A stretch of DNA of 57,764 nt from Mesotaenium endlicherianum (taxonomy: Eukaryota): the NCBI GenBank assembly GCA_009602735.1, contig WELA01002985.1, positions 342,355 through 400,118 on the forward strand, in the 5' to 3' direction. Both the position numbers and the translations under genes were made by a program. Below, piece by piece: positions 23,900 through 35,891 of the stretch. Position 1 is the first letter of the stretch. Each line of letters starts with the position of its first letter. The notes under the pieces are model-generated. The model was not told where the DNA came from and did no database searches. It saw nothing but the letters and a program-made list of their open reading frames with translations.

Positions 23900-24095
23900 C
23901 GTCAAGTCAGGTCTTACACATGTGGAGCAAACTAGTCAACAGCTTCAAGTCAGATGCCACACATGTGAAGAGGATTAGTCCAAGGCGCCAAGTCAGGTGC
24001 TACACATGTGAGGTAGACTAGGCAAGGTCGTGGGTGGTGTGACCTTATTGGCTAGCCTACTCCTTAATGANGGCTAGCCTGCTCCTTGATGATGA
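23900..24095. repeat. Short tandem repeats in the 3' UTR of C
   Basis: Three ~43-bp units containing CAAGTCAG...ACACATGTG...TAG, then two GGCTAGCCTRCTCCTTRATGA units. Confidence 0.75.
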
Positions 24096-24656
24096 AGAAA
24101 ATTGTACAAGTTGGCCCAGAATTTGCCACAAATTCAAAAATTCATAGGATCCACAGAACTGCTCCAAATCTAAAAATATGAGTGCCAGACGGACCGCATC
24201 AAAGAACTTTACCGAGTCACCAAATTTGAGAGCATTCTAATCTCTGGAGTGTCGTTGAGAGCTGAGAGAGTAGACACTCCTCCAAATCTGTGCAGAAACT
24301 TCTGAAAATCATAAGTCCTTCTATGCTTCTCCAAATTCTGCAAACTAAGTCTCAAACTAGGCGCTGTAAGATGTTCTACTAGAGTCTTGAGTTTCAGAGC
24401 ATTCCAAGTTCAGGGGAGGGTACAATGTCAGCAGGCATATTCTGCCCTAACAATGCCTGCAGCCTGACCCCCTTCTACTTAGAGCATCATATCTCTCTCA
24501 CCAGTGCTCCAAATTGAGCAAACTTGGACTCTAAATGACCGGCTACTCATGGAATACAGCCAGATAAATTTTCAGAATTTATTATGCAGAGACCTATCAC
24601 CAGTAGCAGTTTTGGTTTTCTGTTCAGAAACTGCGAGAAGAGAAGAGTGTCTCATG

Positions 24657-27600
24657 TTAATTTTTCCTCTTTCTTGTTCTTGCAGGCTGCCTCCATGGGG
24701 TCTTCTGCTGCTTCTTGATGGTGGTAGGCTGCCTCCCTGAAGTCTTCGGGCTTCTAGTAGAGAGACTTGGGGCTGGTCCTAGATGGGGGTTGGCGGCATG
24801 GAAGCGCTTCAACCTTCTCTGAACTTTGTCAAGGTAGTGCGCCGCCACCCAACTCTTCTCCGAATCTGGATATCCTTTCCACTTGATCAAGTATTGCTGC
24901 TGTCTCCTGAAATTTCTCATAGCCACTATGTCTTCCACTTCGTACTCCAAATGATCATCCACTATTGTTGGGGCTGGTGGGGTTGTCACACGTCCTGGGA
25001 ACTTGTTGTCGGGTTGCACATATGGCTTGAAGAGGGAAGCGTGGAATACGGGGTCGATGTGCATAGTCTGGGGAAGTTCTAGCTTGAAAGCAACGGGGTT
25101 GACTTGCTGGATAATCTTGAAGGGTCCCAAATACTTGGGAGAGAACTTGATGCCGGCAGGCCTGTTGTTCAGGGAAATATTCTTGGATGATAGTAACACG
25201 TTGTCACCCACTCTGTACGTAATTTCTCTTCTGGATCTGTTCGCCACTCTTGCTTGAGCATCTTGCGCGTGTTGTAGAGCTTTCTTCGCTGCTGTAAGGG
25301 CTGCTTCTAATGTCTCCATAAAATCTGTGGCTGCAAGTACTTCATCATGGCCAGCCGTGAAGCTCAGCGGCGTGGTCGGATGGAAGCCATAATTGAGGAA
25401 GAATGGAGACTCTTGGGTTGAGGCTTGCATAGTGGTTGTAGGCAAACTCCAAGGGGGTCAAGTACATGTCCCAGTCTTGCTCCAGGATAGACACGTAGGC
25501 TTTTAGAGAGGTCTTTAGGGTACGATTCATACGCTTGGTTTGCCCATCTGATTGTGGGTGGTAGGCAGTAGACATATCCAGCGATGTACCCAAGTTCTTG
25601 AAGAGATTTTTCCAGAAATGGCTTGTGAATCTTGGATCTCTATCCGACACAATTCTTGATGGTAGTCCATGGAGTCGGAAGATGTTGTCAAAGATGAGTC
25701 TTGCAAGTTGTGGTGCTGTAGCCTTAGTCGTCGTGGGAATAAAATGAGCCATCTTGGTAAGTCTGTCCACCACCGTGAGTATTGCATTATGGCCTCGAGG
25801 TGTCACGGGCAAGTCCACGATAAGGTCCATTGAGATGTCCGTCCATTGTCTTTCGGGGATTGGTAGTGGTTGGAGGAGTCCTCCCGCCTTTTGCGATGAT
25901 GGCTTGATTCTTTGGCATGTGTCACAGCTCCTGCAGTACTCCTTGACTTGCTTAGACATGCCTGGCCAACAATAAGTCCTAGCTAGAACGCCCGTGGTCT
26001 TTAGGATTCCAAAGTGTCCTCCAAGAGGGTTGTCGTGTGCTTCTCGTAGAAGCAAGAGTCGGAGGTCTAAGTCATTAGGAACACATCTCTGGCCCGTGTC
26101 TTGCCTCACCCAATAATTGCCTTCTTGCTTCTTGTATGGGTTCAAGACTGCTTCTCCGTTCTTATAGTAAGGGTCTCTTTCGTAGGCGGCTGAAAATCGA
26201 GCCTCCAGATCTGTCTTCAGGGATGTCATCTCTGCGTTTAATTGCAGTCTTGAGAGGGGGTCAGCCGGGTTTGTCTTGCCGGGCTGGTACTGAATCGTGA
26301 TGTTGTATTGTTGCAAGTATCCGCTCCATCTTGCTTGTCTCCTTGAGAGATACGGCTGCGTCTGGAGGTGCTTTAACGCCTCGTGGTCCGTGGTGACCAG
26401 TACTTTGCGTCCTTCAACGTAGCAGCGCCAAACCTTCAAGGCATGTACAATCGCCAATGCCTCTCGCTCCGTGGTTGTATAATTTTGCTCGGCCGGATTT
26501 AGCTTCCTTGACTCGTAGGCGATGGGCTGCAGTCCCTTGCCTTGGTCTTGAAGCAGGATTGCTCCTATTGCATAGGAAGATGCATCGGTGATGACGTGGA
26601 AGGGCCAATCTGGGTTTGGACTTGGGAGTGTGAGCACCGGGGATGTGGTCAATCTTCGCTTTAACTCTTGAAATGCCTCTTCCTCTTTCTCGGTCCATGT
26701 ATATAGCCTGTCCTTCTTGAGTAGATCTGTCAGGGGGGCTGCTATGTGCGAGAAGCTATAGATGAATCTCTTGTACCAATTGGCAAATCCCAAGAATGAT
26801 TGGAGTTCTTTCTTCGTCGTAAGGGTTGGCCATTCCTCCACCACCGTGGTCTTCTTGGGGTCCATCTTGATGCCATCAGCAGTCACGTGGAGACCTAGGA
26901 ACTCCACTTCTTGTTTGGCAAACTCGCACTTTGACTCCTTCGCAAATAGCTTGTTTTGCTTCAATACTTCAAGGACTTCTTTCAAGTGTCTCGCATGCTC
27001 TTCAAGGGTCTTGCTGTAGATAAGGATGTCATCGATGAATACCACCACAAATCTGTCCAACATGGGCTGAAATATGGTGTTCATCATAGTCATGAAAGTT
27101 GCTGGCGCGTTGGTGAGTCCAAATGGCAGGACCATGAACTCAAAATGTCCATATCTTGTCCTGAATGCCGTCTTCTCTATGTCCGGTTCTGCGATGCGAA
27201 TCTGGTGGTAGCCGCTCCGTAAGTCAATCTTCGTGAAGTACTTGGCTCCAACCAGCCGGTCCATGAGCTCATCCATGCGCGGCAGCGGGTATCGATTCTT
27301 GATGGTGATCTTGTTGAGGGCGCGATAGTCCACACACATCCTCAAGGTACCATCTTTCTTCTTGACAAATAGCACCGGGGCTCCAAATGGCGACTTGCTA
27401 GGTCGAATGAAGCCATGCTCCAGTAGCTCCTTGATTTGCTTCTTGACTTCGTCTAGCTCCGTGTATGACATTTTGAACGTAGGCCGAGAGATGGGCTTGC
27501 TTCCGGGCTCCAACTCTATCTTGTGGTCTACGAATCTTTTGGGGGGTAGGCCCTTGGGCAATTCCGGGGAGAACACTTCTTTGTAGTCCTCAAAGACTTC

Positions 27601-28263
27601 TTGTATCTCCTTGGGAACGGGACTGCCTTCTTGACTCTCGATGTCTTTCTTGATGTCTTTTGGCGTGATCAAGGCCAAAAGAAGCTCGTGTCCCTTCCTC
27701 ACAAGTCTCTTGAGTTGGAGGGCGGACAATAGTATCTCGTGTGCCGGCTTCTGGATGTCTTGGGTCTGGATATTCTGGATTGCGCGCAAAATACAGATTC
27801 TTGAAGTGATGTCATTCTTGATCTTGATAGTACCGGTCCTCCAATCAACTTGGGGGTTGTGCTTGGTCAACCAAGGCGTCCCTAGGATGACGTCGTACTT
27901 GCCCAATTGCATGGGGGAGAACACTACTCTATCCCTGAAGGACTTGATAGAGAGTGCCAAGGGGTACGTCTTCTTGGAAGGGGTAGTATACGAGAATCCA
28001 TCGGCCATCATAATCTCCTCGTCGTGGTCAAGAGTTTGCAAAGTAATACCGTGCTTGGTGGCAATATCTGCAGCGATGAAGTTGCCTTGAGCTCCGCTAT
28101 CCACCAAGATGTGGACCTTCTCTCCTCCAAGGTAACCTCTCAAAGTCATCGGGGCTGGAATGTTGTCTTCAACGGGGGTCTCCACCTCACTTGGCTTGTT
28201 GCCTTCTCGTGAAGTGGGTCTTGGGGTGGTAGGCTCCTGGCCTACCGGCGCTGTCCGTTTTTT
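24657..28263 (-). pseudogene. pol: Pol of C (PR, RT, RNase H, integrase, chromodomain); one frameshift near 25435 and catalytic Glu replaced
   Basis: [34 protein letters not shown] (E to K), GPF and EYEVEDI...YLIKWKGY. Confidence 0.93.
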
Positions 28264-29507
28264 GACAACTTTTTGGGGCATAAAGTGCACGATGTCCCTT
28301 TTCCTTGCAATAAAAGCATAGTCCAGCCGTCATGAGAGCTTCTTTTTCAGCTGGGGAGAGTCTTGCTTTCACTCCTTGCTGGTTTCTTGCATCATAAGTG
28401 TCATTGGAGGGTCTTCCACTCTTCCGGGCAGCCGCGGGGTCCCTTTTAATAACTCCGATTTCCATGGGTGTGGGTCCAGATTCGGATGTGGAAGGGGCTG
28501 CGTACACCCGCGTCGCAAAAACCCGTGAAGATGAAGGCACGGAGTGCTTGAAATCCAAGGTATCGACCTTTTGGGCCACTTCAATGATCTTTGAGAAGTC
28601 CGTCAAGTCGCGTAAGTCCATTTCCTTTGCCACCTTGGGTTTGAGGCCAAAGATGTAGCGGTCAATCTTCTCCTCGAGAGACATGTTGGGGATCTCAAGA
28701 GTGAGGGCGTGAAATCTGGATGTATACTCTTGAACGGACGTCGTTTGCTTGAGATGGTGGAGCTTTCCTCGGGCAATTTTCTCCGCATTAATGGGCATGA
28801 ACTGCTTCTTGAGGGCCTCACGAAAATCTGCCCATCTTGCATATGATGGTGGGGGCTCTTGGCCAAGCATGGGGTGCGCCATAGCTTGATATATAGCCGC
28901 TTGATAGTTACGCCACCATGATGTTGCTGCTCCTCTAAGTAAGGTAACGGCAAAGGGAACGTAGTCCTCCTCGGGTACTTCAAGGAACGCGAGGTACGTC
29001 TCCACTTGGTAGAGCCATAAATTCAGGTTGGCACCTTTCTCGGGGTTGAAAGTGTCTGGTTTGCCGGGCTTGCTCTCATTGGCTCTTGTGGAGGCGCTTG
29101 CAAGGGGCTGAATTTTGAGCATTGCTTGCAATAGGGGCAACCATGGCAGCCATAGCTTCTCTTCACGCTTGCACGGTTGCTTCATAGGTGGCCAAGCCCA
29201 CTTGATTGTGGACGGTCATTAGGAAGGCTGCCCACTCATTGGCGGGAACTCCTTGTGGTGGGGTTAACTTTGCTATTGCGGCTGCCACGGGATTTGACGG
29301 TGCTCCTCCTTGTGGTGCTTCTTGTTGTCGCAGATTTCCTTGAATAGGCTCTCCCATCGGCGCTGGAGGAGGGTGTGCTCCTCCTTGTGGTGCTTCTTGT
29401 TGTTGCAGATTTTCTTGAGCAGGCTCTCCCATCGGCGCTGGAGGAGGGTCTCTTGGAGAGGAAGGGCCCCCTTCGAAAGCTTGCTGTTGGTCTTGAGGAT
29501 CGGCCAT
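28242..29507 (-). pseudogene. gag: Gag of C, with two frameshifts
   Basis: KPGKPDTF, LLRGAATSWW, LKQTTSVQEY and PTPMEIG. The zinc knuckle [15 protein letters not shown] is broken by a 1-nt loss; restoring it gives the end [13 protein letters not shown] 66-bp tandem duplication lies in the N-terminus. Confidence 0.88.
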
Positions 29508-29531
29508 CTTCTTGTGCTACCAAAGTGCCTA

Positions 29532-29543
29532 GCTCCGATACCA
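29532..29543 (-). promoter_or_regulatory. Primer binding site of C
   Basis: TGGTATCGGAGC on the minus strand, one base from the 5' LTR. Confidence 0.9.
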
Positions 29544-29544
29544 C

Positions 29545-30047
29545 TGTAGTGAAACAGATAGATAAAGTACTTAGTAAAACAGAATACTTTATCTATTCAA
29601 GACAAGGATCTTTGAACACAAGTGGTAGCTTCTTGAAAGAGAGATGGCTTCTTGAAAGTTAATATATTTCTGGATTTTGGCAAGTACAAGAGTGATTCTG
29701 GAATGTCTTTCTATGTTCTAGCTCTTGTTTATATACTTGCTACATAAGTAATTTCTAGGAAGGTGTATGTTGATGTGTTGGCACCCAACACATCCCAAAA
29801 CTTGCCACCTCTTTCTAGAATAATGTACACATGTCCTTTTGACCTAAAAATGGCATATTTGACTTTCGCCACGTGGAGTTCTTCTAGGTCTTTCCTCTAA
29901 CTTCGAAAATGCCTTAGAAGGTTCAAAGGACATGAACCAAGTCACTAGAGTACCTATTCACACTTGAATCCACACAATACTTCTCCAATTATATTTGGAA
30001 ACATCAAAATATATGCAAACTAATATATAATAACTCAAATCACTACA
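29545..30047 (-). repeat. 5' LTR of C
   Basis: Direct repeat of 23363-23865. Confidence 0.95.
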
Positions 30048-30740
30048 ACCACCCTCAAACCAATGGGCAAATTGAGAGAACTAATAGAGTCCTCCAGGAA
30101 GTGTTGAGAGCCTCATATATAATAAAAAAGAGAAATTGGGATGAATTGTTGCTTCAGATTCAGTTTGCCGTGAAGAGCGGTGTTCATGCGTCGACTAGAA
30201 AGACCTCGTTTGATCTCAGCCTAGGTAGAGCCTCTAGTTCACCTTCAATATGTAAATAACCTAGGGGAGTATTTGACACAGCCCGAGGGAATTGACAATC
30301 CTGTGTCTCTTCAGTTGACCTAAGAGTTTGCTGACTTTCAGTTTGAAGTCTAGCAAGTTTTGTATAAGACACAAGAAATTAACCAAATAATAATTATTAA
30401 TATACAAACCACCACCGTCGAGAGCTGACAGGGTCTAAGGGGGACGTGGTCAAACTGCATTCTAAATACCTGTACCTCCCTAGGATGGTCAAGAAATAGC
30501 TTGGTCCTGTGATTCCTGTCTGGATCGGTCCAAATTTGGTGGTACACCGAGTCGGTCATAATTTTTACAAATAGAACATGTCAGCGGAATATAAGGGTTA
30601 ATTTTGTATCTTTCTTGGAATCCTACATCAAGGGAGATACATTGTTCAAATGTTTGTTACCTGTCCAACCGGGACCGCGAGCCGTCCGTAATGGTGACGG
30701 CGCTTTGAAACGGTTACACTTTCGGGAAGGTGCTGCTAAC
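30048..30740 (+). pseudogene. Element A integrase C-terminal remnant (chromodomain mostly deleted)
   Basis: Colinear with B ~15499-16320 (CAGTTTGC, CAAACTGCATTCT, CCTGTCCAACCGGGACCG, TGAAACGGTT). Confidence 0.85.
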
Positions 30741-31136
30741 TCTTTATTGTCATTTCAATAGACATGTGAAGGTGACAAGAGGCCTTGTCTTTATTTAATT
30801 TGGAGGAAAAAGTGATAGTTCGTGACAGTCGTGACAGGTAGCCTACCTCCATCAATTGGAGGGAGCGTGACAGGCCCTCAAGGGTAGTGAGTTTTTTAAT
30901 GCATTTTAAGCGATTCTTACACCTATTTATTCACATATTCACTTGCTCATTTAAACTCTCGATTGCAATTCTCTCTCAAGTCTGCTTGACTTGCACAAGG
31001 TATACCAGGAGCCACGACTGTCATAACCAATGTCTTCTTGATCAAATACGTGATGATGAATGTGCTATTCCCTTGCTCTATCGCATTCCAAATATTGCTT
31101 GACTACACTAATTTGGGCTGTGAGGTGTATGAGCAG

Positions 31137-31810
31137 GAATCAGGACAACCACACAAAATGACAAAATTAAGAAGCGGAACGCGGAGGAGGTGCAAAGGTT
31201 CTACAACATCATGTTGAGAGACATAGAGGATACTTCTATTCTTGGGCGAGAAGCGGAACGTATTTGTCAACAATGCAATGTTGAGGCAAACAAGATACTG
31301 GAGCAGAAAAAGGAAGGAAGAGGAGGGGGAGAGACTCAAAAAGGTTGAGTAGGGAAGACTCAAGAAGATGCGAGATGATGCTGCTGCACTGGAGAGGCTG
31401 AGAAAGGCAGAGGAAGAACAGCGAAGGATGTGGGAGAGGTATAGGTACAACGAACACAGTGTTGGACAAGAACTTTGAGATCTTGACGGAGGCATTTAAG
31501 GCTGCTAAAATCATGAAGAAGATTATACAGCAGGACATCTTGCCAATGTTGAATGTAGGCAGCAGGGAGTTCAGGGTCAACCTAAAATGCAGCAGCCGGC
31601 TGCAGAAGAACAGGCAAAAAGATGAGGAGTACAGAGCAAGAGGGAGCTGCTTCTGACTCCAATGGTGAAGTATATTTTCTTGGTCAGAGGACCTCAAATG
31701 TAGTAAGCAGGAAACCAAGAAGGATGGCAGACAAGGAGTCTCGTAGCAGAGGGAGCTGAGAGGAGCTCGAGGTCACCTGCTAGGGCTGAAGCCTCCACCA
31801 ATGGAGAGGG
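31137..31810 (+). pseudogene. Decayed copy of the extra ORF in element A
   Basis: Purine-rich E/K/R-coding stretch. YRY...DKNFEILTEAFKAA matches B YRYTVVGGQNFDNLKEALLAA. Preceded by CACTAAT...GCAG. Confidence 0.65.
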
Positions 31811-31949
31811 TCATGTAACATTTAAAAGCTCCACAAGAGTGAGTGTTAAGCCTGTGAGGTTGGACACAGTCGAGTAAAGCAAGCTAATTGACGACTTGGC
31901 AGAGGAGAATGTGAAGTATAGGGTTGCAGACATGGTTGATGACTTAGAG

Positions 31950-32500
31950 ACCAACGACCTATAAGGCATCCATGAAGATTGATACAGCAAAGAAGTGGAG
32001 GTAAGCTTTGGCAGGGAGATGAAGTCATTGGAGAATGATCACACTTGGGACTTGGAGGATTTGCAACTTGGTAAGAAGTTTGTAGGATATTTAAATCCAT
32101 AAGGGAAAATTATGGACTTGTGGATAGATAGAAGATAAGGCATGTGGCAAAATGATAGTCACCAACAGAGGGAGAAGATTATCATGAGATCTTTGCCCCC
32201 ATTGACTACCACTATACCGACAGTGTGAGAAAATGTGAAGATGCATCAAGTGGATGTGAAGGAAACTTTCTTGAACAAATATTCAAAGAAGGAGGTGTAC
32301 ATGGAGCAGCCTGGATTTGTTGATGTTAGGTTCCTCAAAATGATACAAGAGGTCTCGTTAAAAAATGCAAGGACCCAGCCATGAGATTGGAAACTACACC
32401 TTCTGAGCATAACTTTTACCAACAACAACAATCTACAGGCCTCTTCCAGGCACACCTTGTTCAAGATGATGTACGATAGACAGTCCCTCTACCTCGCATC
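31950..32500 (+). pseudogene. Ty1/copia reverse transcriptase remnant
   Basis: EMKSLENDHTWDL, EGEDYHEIFAP and MHQVDVKETFLN...EVYMEQPGF match copia RT motifs. Confidence 0.8.
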
Positions 32501-35500
32501 ATTAGCACTTGCCACTTAGAGACGTAAGTGGAATGAAAGGACCAAGAATAGCAAGGACGCTCCTTATTCACCATCAGATCCAAAAAAATACTAAGTGCAT
32601 CTTACAGGCTTTGGCACAGCAGGCAAAGTATGTAAACAAAACCAGATGGAAATTTTCTTTTAGGTGGGGGACGTAATGACGCTGAACTGCAAAAATATTG
32701 TGACTGAAGCTCGTCGATGACTTTCAAAAACTAAGAAGATCGTCGACAAATTGAGACCTTTTGCACAAGTTGATCAATTTTGCTTCATGATTTGACTGAC
32801 TGATAATGTGAAAACTTATATAAATGGATCAGTGGAGCGTTGTCCCATGTGGGCACTTGGAGATGGAATTAGTCAAAATCGTTCCACTTTTTTGTCCCAC
32901 CCAAGTTGACTTATAATAAGTTCTCATAGCTTTTAACATATGTTGATTTGGGTTGTGTCATGACTTGCACAATTAAGGATGTGCCATTTAATTTCCTTTC
33001 TAGCAAATTGAGATGTACAAAAAAGCTTTGGGTTGTGCATGAAGCATCTACAGCAAGCAAATGCCTCTGCAAACACGGGAGACGGTGCTATTGTAGAAAT
33101 TTAAGGCCTCTTTTCAATGGCCAAACGAGATCAATACATCCAAATAAAACATACGACACTGTATCAAAAAGCACTTAAACCAATTGATTGCAAGTATGGA
33201 CTGGCTTACAATGGTAATCAGGCGCTTGATATTTAACTGAATTGTAGAAAGAACTTAATTTGTACAGTGAGGTTCATTCTTTATCCGCTACTCTGCTTTT
33301 GAGTAGACTTGAAATTCTAAAAAGTAATGGGAATCCTCAAACGACTCGTCATGGCCAGTTCCTGCGTTCGAAGGTGTAAAAGTCTGTGAAATTTTGTAAG
33401 CACTCGAATGGCTTATTTGATTGTAAACCATTTGGAACCATAGTGGTGCAAAATATGTTGCCCACTTATGGTTGATCACAACTCACATTGTTGTCTACAA
33501 TGAACATTCTTTGATCCCTCAAACAACGCTAATATATTTTTATTTTTGCCTTCATCCATATGGGGTATTTAGCTCCCTCCCAAGTTTGGACGCGCACTGC
33601 GACACTTTGTTTTGCGCCCAAAACTCATTTTTTTCTTTTTTTGCCTTGTTTCAGCCCTAAAGGTTGCGAAAAATACCAATGGGACAGGACCCTTTGACAA
33701 TTTGCAAATATCAAAAGAAAAAACACAAGATTTTGAAAAATTGCGGTCACTTCGCACCCCATGCCTAAGACCACACTAGGCCCCTATACGCCAAGACTCA
33801 AAAGTGATGTGTGGCTTGGCCGTATAAGTCTTTTGTAATCCTTACCGAAGAGCCACTTGCTTGTGGGCGAGGTAGAACATTATTTGCCTGCAAAGAAAGG
33901 CATACCATACCGCCCTCTTTTTTGGTGTCAGAATGGCAAAAAAAGTTGTCAAAATGGAACAATGTGTGTCATTACAATGACGTCTCCTAATTCCTTATCA
34001 TTCTTTTTTTTTCATCCATTGTATTGGTGCATTTTGTAGCAAAAATCTTCGCCTGCAATAACTTTTCTTTGTCGAACGAGCAATTCCAAATTGTTCCCAG
34101 AGGTTCCCAACCATTCTTTACAATTTGTTATGAGACTTAATCTTGGTGGCGCAACATTGACTTCTACTTGAAAAATATACGCCACTCCTCTTGACGGTCA
34201 AGAATATGTGGTGACATGCTTTCTCACAAGCGGACGTCTTGCCGTCTCATGAGAGGGTGATACGGAACGGCGAGCAACTTTTTGTATTTGTTTTGCTTTG
34301 TTGTGCGTTTATCATCACAAGTACCATTTTTGTTAGCCGCAATGGTCGGCATGTCTCAGAGAGAAGAAAATGCATGTATGTGTCCCCCATTAGCCGGCAT
34401 CGCTTTGGAAAACCGATTTTCGTCGAATTGGTACTATTCCCAAACTTCTTGATGACGACGGTTAAGTGCTTCTTGGGGAAGGGGTTGGGAAAGTTCTAAC
34501 TGAATGTCCCCCAATTAAGTGGCGCTAATGGGTGGAGGCTGTACGTCGCCTATCTATTTGCGGTATAATAGTCGCGACTTTCCATCGAAGACGTGAATCA
34601 TCGAGCTGACTGTGGCCGACCCGGGCCTTTGACTTCAGCGGATCATAGTCCCGGGATATTGTCTTTGCTCGAGCATTCCGCAACAGCCACAGATATCTCC
34701 GTGGATCTGGAGCTTCTGCTTGAAACTGGACCGTTGCAGAAGAGCCGGCCACCATCTCCTCAGCCTCATAGCAGCACAACTTCAAGCATGTAGCATGTGT
34801 CTCCTTGTGCCAAGTCGAGGAAATACCGAGGTCGCACAGCAGTCATATCGATCATGCAGGTTGCACTTAGCTTTGAGTCGACAGTCTCTAGGTAAAGTGG
34901 ATGCTGTAGTGGTCCCATGCATAAGCAATGTTGAATTGTCTGCTTTAAATGCTGACACAGCTCAACGAGTCCGACTCATAAAAGATGGTCGAAAGACAGA
35001 TATCTAAGAGATATTTCACTACAGCCACGCCTTAAGTTACAAACTTTGGCATATTTGCAATATACTGAGATCCACTTGCACTATATATTGCCAGAACCAA
35101 AAACTAGATCTAAAGCCTATGCCCTAACGTAGATAGTGGATTGTCAACATGTCGTTGTGTGGACGACATTACCGTAATAAATTCAAAGTTTCATGCTAGA
35201 CACAGCTTGAGGGATTGCTACACGCTTCTAATTGGGTATCCTAGCTGGCACTTCGAGCAGATCTCAAGTTGGGCTATCGCGTGCCCTTGCCCTTGCAGGT
35301 GTCAAGCTATGTGCCCGGGTCTAACAATCACTTTGTGACGACGATATCCTGCATCGATATCCTGCTGCTTTTACATTTTGAAAATGACGTTAGGGAAGTT
35401 GCCGTTGAAGAATGCTCTAGTGGTGGCTCAAAAGTGGGCAGCGCCGTGTTCAACGTACCTCCATATCAAGTGCCTAGAAAGCAACCATCCTCGAATATAG

Positions 35501-35891
35501 GAGTAAAACTCAAGGACTTGTACTTACACCTGTAGTTTGCTCAATAAAGACAAGTAGCCTTACTCTCAACAAGCGCAGGCCTGCTGAGGTTCAAACATGC
35601 AAAGAAGAGACTCGCCTAATATATGACATGACAGCTTGAATGCTTTGTAGCCAGAGCTGGTGTAACTGGCACTCAGGGCTTGAAGTTTTCCTTCAAGAAT
35701 CGTATTGAGGTTGTTGGCAAACTTAGGTGCTGCTAGCTCTTTATAGATGCACGGCCAGTTATGTACTAATTTTTACTCTTGAGTTCTCATAAAGAGCCGT
35801 CCTATGGACTAGTGAACAAACCATCTGCAGTAAAAACATACTTCAGCATCTAATAGTATACATCCATTATTTGTTCTTATAAGTGAGCTCC

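Larger units (their letters stand above)
23363..30047 (-). mobile_element. Full-length Ty3/gypsy chromovirus C (family distinct from A/B)
   Basis: Two ~503-bp TG...CA LTRs, PBS, PPT (GGGGGGGTGA on the minus strand at ~23866-23876) and gag-pol-chromodomain. TSD ACTAC/ACCAC matches the ACCAC site seen in the B integrase. Confidence 0.96.
4943..31820 (+). mobile_element. Decayed Ty3/gypsy chromovirus A (older relative of B), interrupted by PB1, PB2 and C; no 3' LTR found
   Basis: Its segments are colinear with element B: LTR 4943-~5546, pol 5548-6622, 22764-23362 and 30048-~30740, and extra ORF ~31137-31810. The sequence reads through the insertion points (GTGATTTCT|TTAA|AGGAAGCATTGAATT; GCTAACTAC|...|ACCACCCTCA). 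The right boundary is approximate. Confidence 0.85.

Noticed and set aside
31806..31830. 3' LTR start of element A (GAGGGTCA-TGTAAC)
   Set aside because: Similarity to the LTR stops after 5 bases; the 3' LTR appears to be deleted.
33660..33830. MITE or Mutator terminal repeat around the TATACGCCAAG/CTTGGCCGTATA hairpin
   Set aside because: No matching second end or TSD could be identified.
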